NCBI GenBank assembly: GCA_031554055.1
Contig: JAVBKL010000056.1
Span: 645 to 64,644 of the forward strand
From: Eubacteriales bacterium
GTDB lineage: Bacteria; Bacillota; Clostridia; Lachnospirales; JAVBKL01
Length of the DNA: 64,000 nucleotides
Reading direction: 5' to 3'
Positions 19,487 to 28,110 of this stretch are shown piece by piece. The translations under genes were made by a program, and so were the position numbers. The notes below the pieces were generated by a model. It was given only the letters and a program-made list of their open reading frames with translations, searched no databases and was not told the DNA's origin. The first letter of the stretch is position 1. Each line of letters begins with the position of its first letter.

Positions 19487-19734
19487 GCACAATGATACTG
19501 CTTTGCGGATCATAAAGCGTCAACTACCTCATACGCAAACCGTTCTCAAAGATTTTAAAGATGTTTGATTTTTGAACTTTGATGTTTGACCTTTAAACAT
19601 CTGAAATTTAAATTTTAACCTGTGAGTTTTAAACTTTGGGCTTTGAATTTGTTTTCAAAGTTATCAATAACATGTCTGCACTTTAACCCAAGTGCTAGGG
19701 GAGGTAGGTTTATTATTTTCGTATCATTATGCAA
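19485..19734 (-). ncRNA. Putative structured ncRNA with a 7-nt repeat array
   Basis: 14-bp terminal helix (19721-19734 with 19485-19498), internal hairpin 19678-19695, long-range pair CUACCUC/GAGGUAG and 12 heptamer repeats. Lies between a stop codon and a terminator. Confidence 0.65.
19563..19647 (-). repeat. Twelve degenerate tandem heptamers (RNA consensus close to UUCAAAG / NUYAAAN)
   Basis: Plus strand: GTTTGAT TTTTGAA CTTTGAT GTTTGAC CTTTAAA c ATCTGAA ATTTAAA TTTTAAC CTGTGAG TTTTAAA CTTTGGG CTTTGAA. Confidence 0.85.
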
Positions 19735-19740
19735 ATTGCA

Positions 19741-20376
19741 TTAACTCAATAATTCGATTTCAAGTTTTGTCGTTGCGTTTGATTCCGATAATATATAATC
19801 AACTTCATTCTCAAACTCATAAATTGCATCTAAGAGCTTTTGAATTCTGTCCGAGATATTGCTTGGGTCGATTAGTTCCCATTTGTTTCTGTTCTCAAAA
19901 AGGCGGGTATGCTCCTCAATTTCTGACGGAACACGTTTGTCCTTTTCTCCCAAAATCGACTGCAAATAGCTTTCGAGTTTGAAGGGGATCTGTGCGTTTT
20001 CTGATTCGACGATGTTGTTGTTTCTTGTGTATTGGGTTTGGAGGTGCATGAGCAGATCTTTTTCGTAATGAATCGAATTTTTTCGTTCAATCGCTTCTGC
20101 CACTGTATACTCTTTGTTCCCAATTTTGACAACAACACTGGCGTTTGACGAAACAACAACGTCTTTAATTCTTTTGCGGTTTTCAATCAAAGCAAACACT
20201 TTGTCAAAGTTGCCCTGAATCATTCTCTTTGTTTCATCAATTGTTTTACCCTGAATTTTATCGTTGGATTTTTTGTTTGCGATTACATACATCGAATCGT
20301 AGCAGTCTTTAATTTTGCTGTCATACATCTTCAATTCAGAAAGTGCCCTGTGTACCGAATACAAAACTTTTGCCAT
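19741..20376 (-). CDS. Uncharacterised helical/coiled-coil protein
   Basis: 211 aa with GGAGG RBS. Conserved-looking blocks VHRALSELK, YTVAEAIERK and FENEVDYILSESNATT; no catalytic motif seen. Confidence 0.8.
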   Translation of the reverse strand: MAKVLYSVHRALSELKMYDSKIKDCYDSMYVIANKKSNDKIQGKTIDETKRMIQGNFDKVFALIENRKRIKDVVVSSNASVVVKIGNKEYTVAEAIERKNSIHYEKDLLMHLQTQYTRNNNIVESENAQIPFKLESYLQSILGEKDKRVPSEIEEHTRLFENRNKWELIDPSNISDRIQKLLDAIYEFENEVDYILSESNATTKLEIELLS

Positions 20377-20387
20377 AAAAAAACCTC

Positions 20388-22562
20388 CTATTTGGATTCA
20401 TTTGCACCATTATCAAAAAACGTATACCTCCCACGTCCAGCGTCCTTGCTTTTATAAAGTGCTGCGTCAGCCTTTTTAAAAAGCTCTGGATAATTTTCGC
20501 CATGTGTGGGAAACTCGCAGATGCCAATGGAACAGCCAAGTGGAAGTTTATCATAAGCTTTAAGCTCTGCCAGTATTTGATCAAGCATAACAGACACACA
20601 ATTTTTGTCAAGCCCTATCACAGCAAATACGTACTCGTCACCACCCACACGTCCAACGATTGCCTCTTGTGGACAAACCTTTTTAAGGGTATCGGCAACA
20701 AAAATAATGACTTCGTCGCCAAACCTATGCCCATAGGTGTCGTTGATATGTTTGAGGTAGTCTAGGTCAATTACACAAAGTGTAAATGCGTCACCTCTCG
20801 CAATCCATTCAGAAATTTTGTCTTCAAACGAAAACCTGTTGAGCAGTTTTGTTAAAAAATCTTGGTATTTGAGTGATTCCCATTTGTCGTGATAGCGTTT
20901 TCTTTTATAAAGTAAGAGCGAAATACTACCGAACACAACCGCAAAAAAACCGATAGCAATGGCAACACGTCCGAGCAAAATTAATCTGTTTTGTGCCGCA
21001 TCTTTTCGCTCAAGGCTTTGTGTTGAATCATAGACATTTTGATAATATTTAAGCCTTGGAAAATACTCATTCGACTCCTTGATTTTCTCGGAGGACACCT
21101 CAAACAATTCGAGCAGGACAGCTTTAATTTTGCTGTCGTTGCGAATCAAGTACACATACTTATAATTGCCAAACGTGCCCTTGCCCACCAAATTTTCCAT
21201 CAGTGATTTCGACGTGACATTATCATCAATTAAAGCGTAATCAATTTTCCCTTTTGAAACCGCACGAGTTAGAGAATCAATGGATTTAAAATGCACAAAT
21301 TTTATTTTTTCGCCGTTGTTTACCACTTTGTTATCGACATAAAACTTAAAGTCATTTAAATATCCAAGCCTAATTTTTTCATTGTTTGCATTAAACGAAG
21401 GTGTGTGTACATCGCCATACACTTTGTATTCAGACGCAAAAAGATCTAAGTTTGTGTAATCGGTATAACGAATGAATGATGACTCGCCAAAGCTTGCCTT
21501 CGGCACAAAAATCGCATCTATCTCGCCCCTATAAAATTGATTGAGTATCTCTTCAAAGCTGCCGTGTTCATAACCAACATTGTACCCAAACCTCATTTTT
21601 AACTCATCAATAATTAAAAACGGAACACCAAATATTTTTTCATCCGCAATAAATTGAAAAGGCTCTTCGTCAAATATTCCAAAAACTGGTGTAGGCAATT
21701 TATCCATTAACAAAGATACCGCAGGCTCAATGCCCGCCATTTTTCGGTTATACCGCATCTCGCCTTTTTTAACCAACGAGGATAATTGTTCATCCCCAAG
21801 CGTTTTGTTTAAAATCGAAACAAGAATGTCCTGTCCATAAAAAAACATGCGTAATGGGCTTGGTTCAAAAAAAGGAATTTCCTCAACGTTTGGATAATTG
21901 GCTTGTATTTGTGCGCTTCGCACGGTGGACAGCATAACATCAATTTCATCATTTTGAAGTGCATTTGCAAGTTCAAAAAAAGTATTGAAGTATACAAACT
22001 TTGCAGTTGATAATTTTTTTTCAAGTTCTATAGAACTTAAAAACTCCGGCCTTGTCATCACACCAATCACAACTTTTGATGAACCAGAAAAACTTTCAAT
22101 TTTATCTTTTTTTGCATAAAAACGCTGCATCAGTCTCAAGTCTTCATGCTTAAACGACTTGGCAACTGTTTCTGGAAAAGCACCTTCTCGCATATGTGTC
22201 AAGCTGTTATCGGCAACACCCACTTGTTCTTCGAGGTCAGATACACTTGGCTGAACCACCAGCTTCACAGGCAGCCCTGTTTTGTCAGAAACAATTTGCA
22301 TAATGTCCGCTATGTAGCCTTTGTAAGAGCCGTAATACATATAGGTCGGGCTGAACGTGCTAAAAAAATTGATTACAATGCCATCGTCTTGATGCTTCTC
22401 TATAAATTTTTTTTCTTCATCGCTAAATGAAACACCACGGCTCAAATCAATGGGTACGGTTTCTGGAAAAACCCAGTCAACTGCCAACACAACATGGGCA
22501 TTCCATATGCTCATATACGCCACAAAAGCAAGGATTGCTATGTGCTTAATAATGTGTTTCAA
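20388..22562 (-). CDS. Diguanylate cyclase with extracellular solute-binding domains
   Basis: DFLTKLLNR, DLDYLKHINDTYGH, RVGGDEY; single TM. Likely start is TTG 22562 after AGAGGG. Confidence 0.88.
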   Translation of the reverse strand: MKHIIKHIAILAFVAYMSIWNAHVVLAVDWVFPETVPIDLSRGVSFSDEEKKFIEKHQDDGIVINFFSTFSPTYMYYGSYKGYIADIMQIVSDKTGLPVKLVVQPSVSDLEEQVGVADNSLTHMREGAFPETVAKSFKHEDLRLMQRFYAKKDKIESFSGSSKVVIGVMTRPEFLSSIELEKKLSTAKFVYFNTFFELANALQNDEIDVMLSTVRSAQIQANYPNVEEIPFFEPSPLRMFFYGQDILVSILNKTLGDEQLSSLVKKGEMRYNRKMAGIEPAVSLLMDKLPTPVFGIFDEEPFQFIADEKIFGVPFLIIDELKMRFGYNVGYEHGSFEEILNQFYRGEIDAIFVPKASFGESSFIRYTDYTNLDLFASEYKVYGDVHTPSFNANNEKIRLGYLNDFKFYVDNKVVNNGEKIKFVHFKSIDSLTRAVSKGKIDYALIDDNVTSKSLMENLVGKGTFGNYKYVYLIRNDSKIKAVLLELFEVSSEKIKESNEYFPRLKYYQNVYDSTQSLERKDAAQNRLILLGRVAIAIGFFAVVFGSISLLLYKRKRYHDKWESLKYQDFLTKLLNRFSFEDKISEWIARGDAFTLCVIDLDYLKHINDTYGHRFGDEVIIFVADTLKKVCPQEAIVGRVGGDEYVFAVIGLDKNCVSVMLDQILAELKAYDKLPLGCSIGICEFPTHGENYPELFKKADAALYKSKDAGRGRYTFFDNGANESK

Positions 22563-22581
22563 ACCAATCCCTCTTTCGCAA

Positions 22582-24747
22582 TCATTTATAAACAGAGTAC
22601 CTGTCACGACCCTGTTGCTTGCTCTCAAAAAGTGCCTTGTCGGTATTTAAATAAATTTCGGCAAGGTCATTGCTGTCCTTTGGATAATTACTGATTCCAA
22701 TGGAGAGCGTAATTTTTACGTGCTCTTCTTTGTACATAAATTTTGAAACGGCTTGCTGCACTTTCTCAAATTTCCGAATTGTTTCTTCAAGCGATAGCTT
22801 TGTGATGACCGTAAACTCGTCACCGCCGATTCTTGCCGCTAACCCTTTTTCAAAAAACTCGTCCTGTAAAGAATTTGCAACCTTAATTAAAGCTTGATCG
22901 CCGCAGTCATGCCCATATTTATCGTTAAATTGCTTGAAAAAATCCACATCAATCAATGCCACATGAAACGTTTTTTTCTCTTGCATGAGCTTATTCATGT
23001 ACGTTTCCGCCGCAAAGCGATTACTGATTTTCGTTAAATGATCAGATACTCTAAGGTAGTCTGTCTTTTTTTGCTCAACTCTTCGCATAATCAGCCCAAT
23101 TGAAATTGTGATAAATGCGATTACACCAATTGACAAAACAAACGCAATAAAAAACAGAGCATTCGCCCTTTTATTCGCTTCCATCGCAATGGTTCTTTGC
23201 AGTGTCGCCTCGTACAGAATCGTATTTGTTCCAAGGGTAAGTAAATAATTCTCGTTTTGCAACTCGCTCGAAAATGGTCCCGCATCAGAAAACAATGCAT
23301 TGTATAGGTGTTTCACATAATCATCATGATGCGTATAGACAACAAACTCGTACCTTGCAAAAATTCCTTTTTCAAAAAGCCCTTCGTACTGTTCCCCCAC
23401 GCTGTAAACATCGAGTGCCGCATAATCCACTTCACCCGTTGTTACGGCTTTGGCAACTTCTGCTAGGGTTGCATATCTTGTAAATATAAGATCATCGCTG
23501 TCATGCAATCTACCCGAATTTAATAATCCGTCAAACTCCGAAGTCACGCCGACATTTATTTTTTTGTTGTCAGCGATACGCTCCCTATAACCCACATAAC
23601 GCTGGTCTTCTTTTCCATAGAGCATGATGTTACCTTTTTGAATCACAAACTTGGGGTATGTTGAAATTTCTATCTGCTCACTTGAATAGTTTTTTTCTTG
23701 CCCCAAAAAAGGCAGAAGCTCTATGTTTGGAAAAATATCAATTTCGTTTCTCATAAACATTTGAAACAGCTTGCTATACTCGCCGTCAATATATTTTGTC
23801 TGGATTCCATAGTCATCTTTAATTTTATCAGCAATTTGTGTAAACAACCCTGCTTTTATCTCGCCAAGCGAGAAGTGAAACATGGGCGATTCGTAAAAGG
23901 CAAATGAAATGGTTTTATCATTCTTTGGTGAATACACAATGTCATGGCTTAATTTCAAATTACCAAGGTTGCTCGTGAGCAGATTGGCATTAAATATTTG
24001 GTAAACATCGGTTTCTGCCATGATTGCGTCTAGCACCGAAATAAATTCTGCATCACCAAAAAATCGGGTAGCCACATTGATTGTCTGCAAAACATTGACA
24101 GGCTCAATTCCTTTAAACTCATTGGTTATGTAGGAGTAGTTTGGCAACAATACCATTTCAATTTCGCCGTTCATAAGAGCTTGGTACATATGTTCGTAGG
24201 TACTGTACTTGAGTGCGTAAATTCCCTTGAACTGGTTCAAAAGCCTCTCATATGCGTCTCGATCAATATCAACAAACCCAACTGTGTACTTCTGCGTATC
24301 AGAAAATTCTCTTGATACCGTTGTTGGTTTATAAAACGCATAATCCAAATAAAGTTCTGATTTTGTATAAGCCATTCCCGAGACATTGCCTATAAATGAA
24401 ACAAAATTGGCGTTTGCCTCTTTCTCGTTTAATGACTCCACACATTCTGCCAAGTCGCTCTTAATAACAACATCCACGTTGATTCCTGTTATGTCTGTAA
24501 AAATCTGCATGGCGTCGGGAATAAAACCATGCAAGTACCCCTCGGCACATTCAGAAATTTGAGCACTCTCGCCTTTCCAATAAACAAACTTCAATGTCCG
24601 TCCTTTGTTCTCTTCAATCCATTTGTTCTGCTCTTGAGTAAACGAAACTGCATCCTTTGCCATAACTGTCTGAATACCAATAACAGCAACGCAAATATAC
24701 GTTACTGTTATCAATAAGAGCTTCAAAATGGATTTTATTTTTGTCAT
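22582..24747 (-). CDS. Diguanylate cyclase with extracellular solute-binding domains
   Basis: DHLTKISNR, DVDFFKQFNDKYGH, RIGGDEF; signal peptide and one TM. Confidence 0.9.
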   Translation of the reverse strand: MTKIKSILKLLLITVTYICVAVIGIQTVMAKDAVSFTQEQNKWIEENKGRTLKFVYWKGESAQISECAEGYLHGFIPDAMQIFTDITGINVDVVIKSDLAECVESLNEKEANANFVSFIGNVSGMAYTKSELYLDYAFYKPTTVSREFSDTQKYTVGFVDIDRDAYERLLNQFKGIYALKYSTYEHMYQALMNGEIEMVLLPNYSYITNEFKGIEPVNVLQTINVATRFFGDAEFISVLDAIMAETDVYQIFNANLLTSNLGNLKLSHDIVYSPKNDKTISFAFYESPMFHFSLGEIKAGLFTQIADKIKDDYGIQTKYIDGEYSKLFQMFMRNEIDIFPNIELLPFLGQEKNYSSEQIEISTYPKFVIQKGNIMLYGKEDQRYVGYRERIADNKKINVGVTSEFDGLLNSGRLHDSDDLIFTRYATLAEVAKAVTTGEVDYAALDVYSVGEQYEGLFEKGIFARYEFVVYTHHDDYVKHLYNALFSDAGPFSSELQNENYLLTLGTNTILYEATLQRTIAMEANKRANALFFIAFVLSIGVIAFITISIGLIMRRVEQKKTDYLRVSDHLTKISNRFAAETYMNKLMQEKKTFHVALIDVDFFKQFNDKYGHDCGDQALIKVANSLQDEFFEKGLAARIGGDEFTVITKLSLEETIRKFEKVQQAVSKFMYKEEHVKITLSIGISNYPKDSNDLAEIYLNTDKALFESKQQGRDRYSVYK

Positions 24748-24770
24748 TTTATCTCGTCCCGTATGTTAAC

Positions 24771-25964
24771 TTAATTCATAATTGTATAATCTTCATTGAG
24801 AAGTTCAAAGCCTTCTCTTGCTGAACCCGCCAAATATATTTTGTTTCCGTCCGTGATAAAAATTGCTCCAGCTCCTTCGACGCCCTCAATAAATTTCATG
24901 CCTCCCACCAAGTCTTTTGTAAACACAGTGGTCGAAAGTCCGTCGCCGTCTATTGACTCTTTGCTGATGATGGTAACACCTTCAATCACGGTGTCATATG
25001 GATAGCCTGTTTTTGGATTTAAAATGTGGTGATATTTTTTTCCGTCCGGGGCTTCTATAAATCTCTCATACACACCCGAGGTAACATATGATTTTTCTTG
25101 TCCATACACACGACCCACAAGCTCGTCTCGTTCTTTGTTCGGGTCTTGGATACCAATTGTCCAGTCCTCGCCCTCTTTGTTTCCCACAACAAAAACATTT
25201 CCGCCAAGGTCAATGATTCCGCTACCCGCCTTGTTTTCGTGCATCACTTTTGCAACTGCATCTGCCGTAAACCCTTTTGCAATCGAGCCAAGATCAATCA
25301 TCATACCTTTTTCTTTGAGATAAACGGTTCGTTCTGCTTCATTTATCTCCACGTTTTTATAATTAATCAGTTTAATTTTCTCGTCAATTTCTGCTTGTGA
25401 CGGAATTCTTGCATCATCAAAACCGATATGCCAAAGCTTTACAAGCGGTCCAATTGTTATATCATAACTTCCCTCTGATGTTTCGCTATAAAAAAGCCCT
25501 CGCTTGACAACATCAAAAGTGTCTTTACTAACTTTTACTGGTTTGATGCCGGCGTTTGCATTGATCGCATCAACTTCTGTGCCGTCTTCGTTCATGCTCA
25601 TCTTTTTCTCTATATCTGCAATTCGTTTAAATGCAAGCTCTAAAATTTCTGGGCGTGGATTTTCATGGATTTTAATTCTGCAAACCGTTCCCATTAAAAA
25701 TCGAATGTCTTGCAGTGGCTCACCTTTTATCACGTCCTCATTGGCGTACAGTGCATAGTCTTCGTCGGGAAACGGCGTTACAATTTGGGTTGCATCAATC
25801 GGTGTCTTTGGTGCAACATCAATCGTGCCGACTTGTGGCTGTGTCGTTTGCTCCTGTTTCGTTTCCTTTGGAACATTGTTTGTTGACTTGCCGCAACCTG
25901 TAAAAACCAAGGGTAGGGCTATAGCGGTAATGAGCATCGTGTTTTTAAGCAGTAGCATTTTCAT
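24771..25964 (-). CDS. apbE: FAD:protein FMN transferase ApbE (lipoprotein)
   Basis: Lipobox FTGC, MGT, YDITIGPLVKLW, DLGSIAKG, VTSGVYER, YHHILNPKTGYP. Confidence 0.93.
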   Translation of the reverse strand: MKMLLLKNTMLITAIALPLVFTGCGKSTNNVPKETKQEQTTQPQVGTIDVAPKTPIDATQIVTPFPDEDYALYANEDVIKGEPLQDIRFLMGTVCRIKIHENPRPEILELAFKRIADIEKKMSMNEDGTEVDAINANAGIKPVKVSKDTFDVVKRGLFYSETSEGSYDITIGPLVKLWHIGFDDARIPSQAEIDEKIKLINYKNVEINEAERTVYLKEKGMMIDLGSIAKGFTADAVAKVMHENKAGSGIIDLGGNVFVVGNKEGEDWTIGIQDPNKERDELVGRVYGQEKSYVTSGVYERFIEAPDGKKYHHILNPKTGYPYDTVIEGVTIISKESIDGDGLSTTVFTKDLVGGMKFIEGVEGAGAIFITDGNKIYLAGSAREGFELLNEDYTIMN

Positions 25965-26136
25965 TGTAGAGATTCCTCCATTTTTTTGAAAGTGAATTTA
26001 GTTGTGGTTCTTTAATGGGGTTTATTATATCAATATCTAAAGCCGTTGTCGATAAATTTCTGTTACTTCTTAAACAAACAGAAGATTGATTATAATTTTT
26101 GTTTTTTTTGGAACAATATAGTGAAAATAAAAAGGA

Positions 26137-26802
26137 GTGTTATTGACCATGAACAAAAAAAATATTTCCGTTCTCATGTGCTTGAGCCTAGCAATATCCG
26201 TTGTGCCTATCCAGTCGAAATTTTTAAATGAGAACAACATAGCAAGTGTTGAGGTGGTAAGCGGTGCCTCACCAAACTGGGAAGCCCCAACGCCTGCACC
26301 AAAACCACTTCCAACAGCAAGACCAACGGCAAAACCAACAGCAAAGCCAACTCCTGCACCAACACAATCTCCAACGCCTGCACCAACACAATCTCCAACT
26401 CCAGTTCCAACCCTTGCACCAACTCCCGCTCCAACTCCAGTTCCCACGGAGCCTCCCCTTAAAATTGAGTGGCATGGCGAAAAATTTGTCACAACCTACC
26501 CAATTATAAACAGAAACGGCAGAAATTATTATCCGCTTCGATCAATTTACGAAGAAATTGGTGCGACAGTCAGTTGGGACAGTACAGAAAAAGCTGCAAC
26601 CATTACACTTGATGGAACCGTTTTAGAATTTAATGTAGGTGATACAAAAATCAAAGTAAATGGCGAAGTGCGTGACATGTGGCCGGATGCACCTTTTGTT
26701 GCCAAAAACGGAATGGTTTATTTGCCAATTCGATATGCTTTTGAAACGTTAGGATACATCGTTGAATGGAACGAAAATGCAAAATCAATTTATGTCAGGT
26801 GA
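26137..26802 (+). CDS. Secreted protein with Pro/Thr linker and copper amine oxidase N-terminal (stalk) domain
   Basis: Signal peptide, PTPAPTQS repeats, YPLRSIYEEIGATVSWD and YLPIRYAFETLGYIVEWN. Confidence 0.85.
   Translation: MLLTMNKKNISVLMCLSLAISVVPIQSKFLNENNIASVEVVSGASPNWEAPTPAPKPLPTARPTAKPTAKPTPAPTQSPTPAPTQSPTPVPTLAPTPAPTPVPTEPPLKIEWHGEKFVTTYPIINRNGRNYYPLRSIYEEIGATVSWDSTEKAATITLDGTVLEFNVGDTKIKVNGEVRDMWPDAPFVAKNGMVYLPIRYAFETLGYIVEWNENAKSIYVR
26286..26450 (+). repeat. Coding 12/24-nt tandem repeats (Pro/Thr linker)
   Basis: CCAACNCCTGCA-like units encoding PTPA/PTAK/PTQS. Confidence 0.8.
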
Positions 26803-27090
26803 CAGAAATTCTTGAGTCCTCGCACAAGCAAAATCTGAAACGAATAATACAAAAAAATGTTTTCGACATTTCAAATTATTCGTTTCGATTTTTGTCGATT
26901 GCAAGTTTGTAATTAATTTTCTGTTCTATCCTATTTAAATACAAAAATTTCATCATTCTCCTTTGCGCTTCGCAAAAAAAAATCGCCGTTTGTCTATTAT
27001 TTCTCATTTTTCTGATTGACTTTTTTCAACATTTCATTTAGTATTGTTATCAGTTAGAATGAACTATATTTTTGAAAAGGTCGTGATAAA

Positions 27091-28083
27091 GTGAACGAAA
27101 ATGTTCATGTTTTGCAAGGAATGCTAATCAATGTTTTTGGCGGAAACTACGTCTTGCCAATCACGTGTATCAAGCAGTCATTTAAGCCGCTTAAAAAAGA
27201 TGTTTTTTCTGATCCAAGCGGAAACGAAATGATTCAGGTCAAAGGGGTTGTTTATAATCTGGTTAGACTTTCAGATTATTTGTGTCCCACAAACGCCGAG
27301 GCACTGGAGATTGAAGATGGCATTGTCATTATCATGGAGTTTAAACGCCGTGCCATTTGTGTTTTCGCAAGTGCACTCTTGGGTGAACGACAGCTTCCTA
27401 TCACTCCTCTTCCAGATTTTTTTGCGGGTAACCCATACATATCTGGTTGTGCAGAACTGCAAGAATCGACAACGCACAATTCTGAGTCTGAGCTTTGCTT
27501 GATCATTAACGTTGAAGGGTTTTTTGATGATGCTAAAAGCTTTACAATCGAAAGCGAGCCAGAACCCGAAGAAGAAATACAAGTAATTGATGAACCGCAA
27601 ACCATTTCTGAAGACATGACAATTGATAAATATTTTACTTTTGGCATTGCATCGGAAGAATATGCGGTTGAAATCGCAAGCATCAAAGAAATTATTGGCG
27701 TTAGAAAAATAACAAAAGTTCCAGAATCACCCGATCACGTGGAGGGAATCATTAGCCTTCGTGGAAAAATCATTCCAATAGTAGATTTGCGGAAGAGATT
27801 TTTCAAACCAAGTGTAAATGACTCACTTACCTGTATCGTTGTGGTTGAAGCACTACCTGATTCGGGTATAGCCTCTGAATCTGGCGAACCGACAGAGAAA
27901 CAAACCTTTGGGCTAATTGTAGACAAAGTGCTAGAAGTAGTCGTCATGGAAGAAAGCAGCATTGAGCCTATGCCAAAGGCTAGCACCCAAAGAGGATACA
28001 GCCAGTTTGTTTCTGGAATTGGTCGTGCGTTTGGCAAAGTCAAATTACTGCTTGATATAAATAAGTTGGTCTATAAAGACTAA
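27091..28083 (+). CDS. Tandem CheW-like domain protein (CheA P5-like + CheW)
   Basis: The N-half resembles the CheA C-terminal domain. The C-half has KYFTF, EYAVEI, VEGIISLRGKIIPIVDLR and GLIVDKV. Confidence 0.85.
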   Translation: MNENVHVLQGMLINVFGGNYVLPITCIKQSFKPLKKDVFSDPSGNEMIQVKGVVYNLVRLSDYLCPTNAEALEIEDGIVIIMEFKRRAICVFASALLGERQLPITPLPDFFAGNPYISGCAELQESTTHNSESELCLIINVEGFFDDAKSFTIESEPEPEEEIQVIDEPQTISEDMTIDKYFTFGIASEEYAVEIASIKEIIGVRKITKVPESPDHVEGIISLRGKIIPIVDLRKRFFKPSVNDSLTCIVVVEALPDSGIASESGEPTEKQTFGLIVDKVLEVVVMEESSIEPMPKASTQRGYSQFVSGIGRAFGKVKLLLDINKLVYKD

Positions 28084-28110
28084 CCAAAACAAAACTAGGG
28101 AGTGTGCTAA

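Noticed and set aside
19563-19647. Heptamer array as a CRISPR array, iterons or a coding repeat
   Set aside because: It has no spacers, no cas or rep genes nearby and no ORF across it. The units are degenerate and enclosed by RNA-like helices.
26070-26509. Alternative-frame ORFs rich in GVGA, W/C or Q/H
   Set aside because: These are shadows of the Pro/Thr repeat in the real plus-strand gene.
26831-26892. Long inverted repeat upstream of the cheW-MCP operon as a c-di-GMP riboswitch
   Set aside because: No GEMM or class II consensus was recognised; it is more simply a terminator-like hairpin after the preceding gene.
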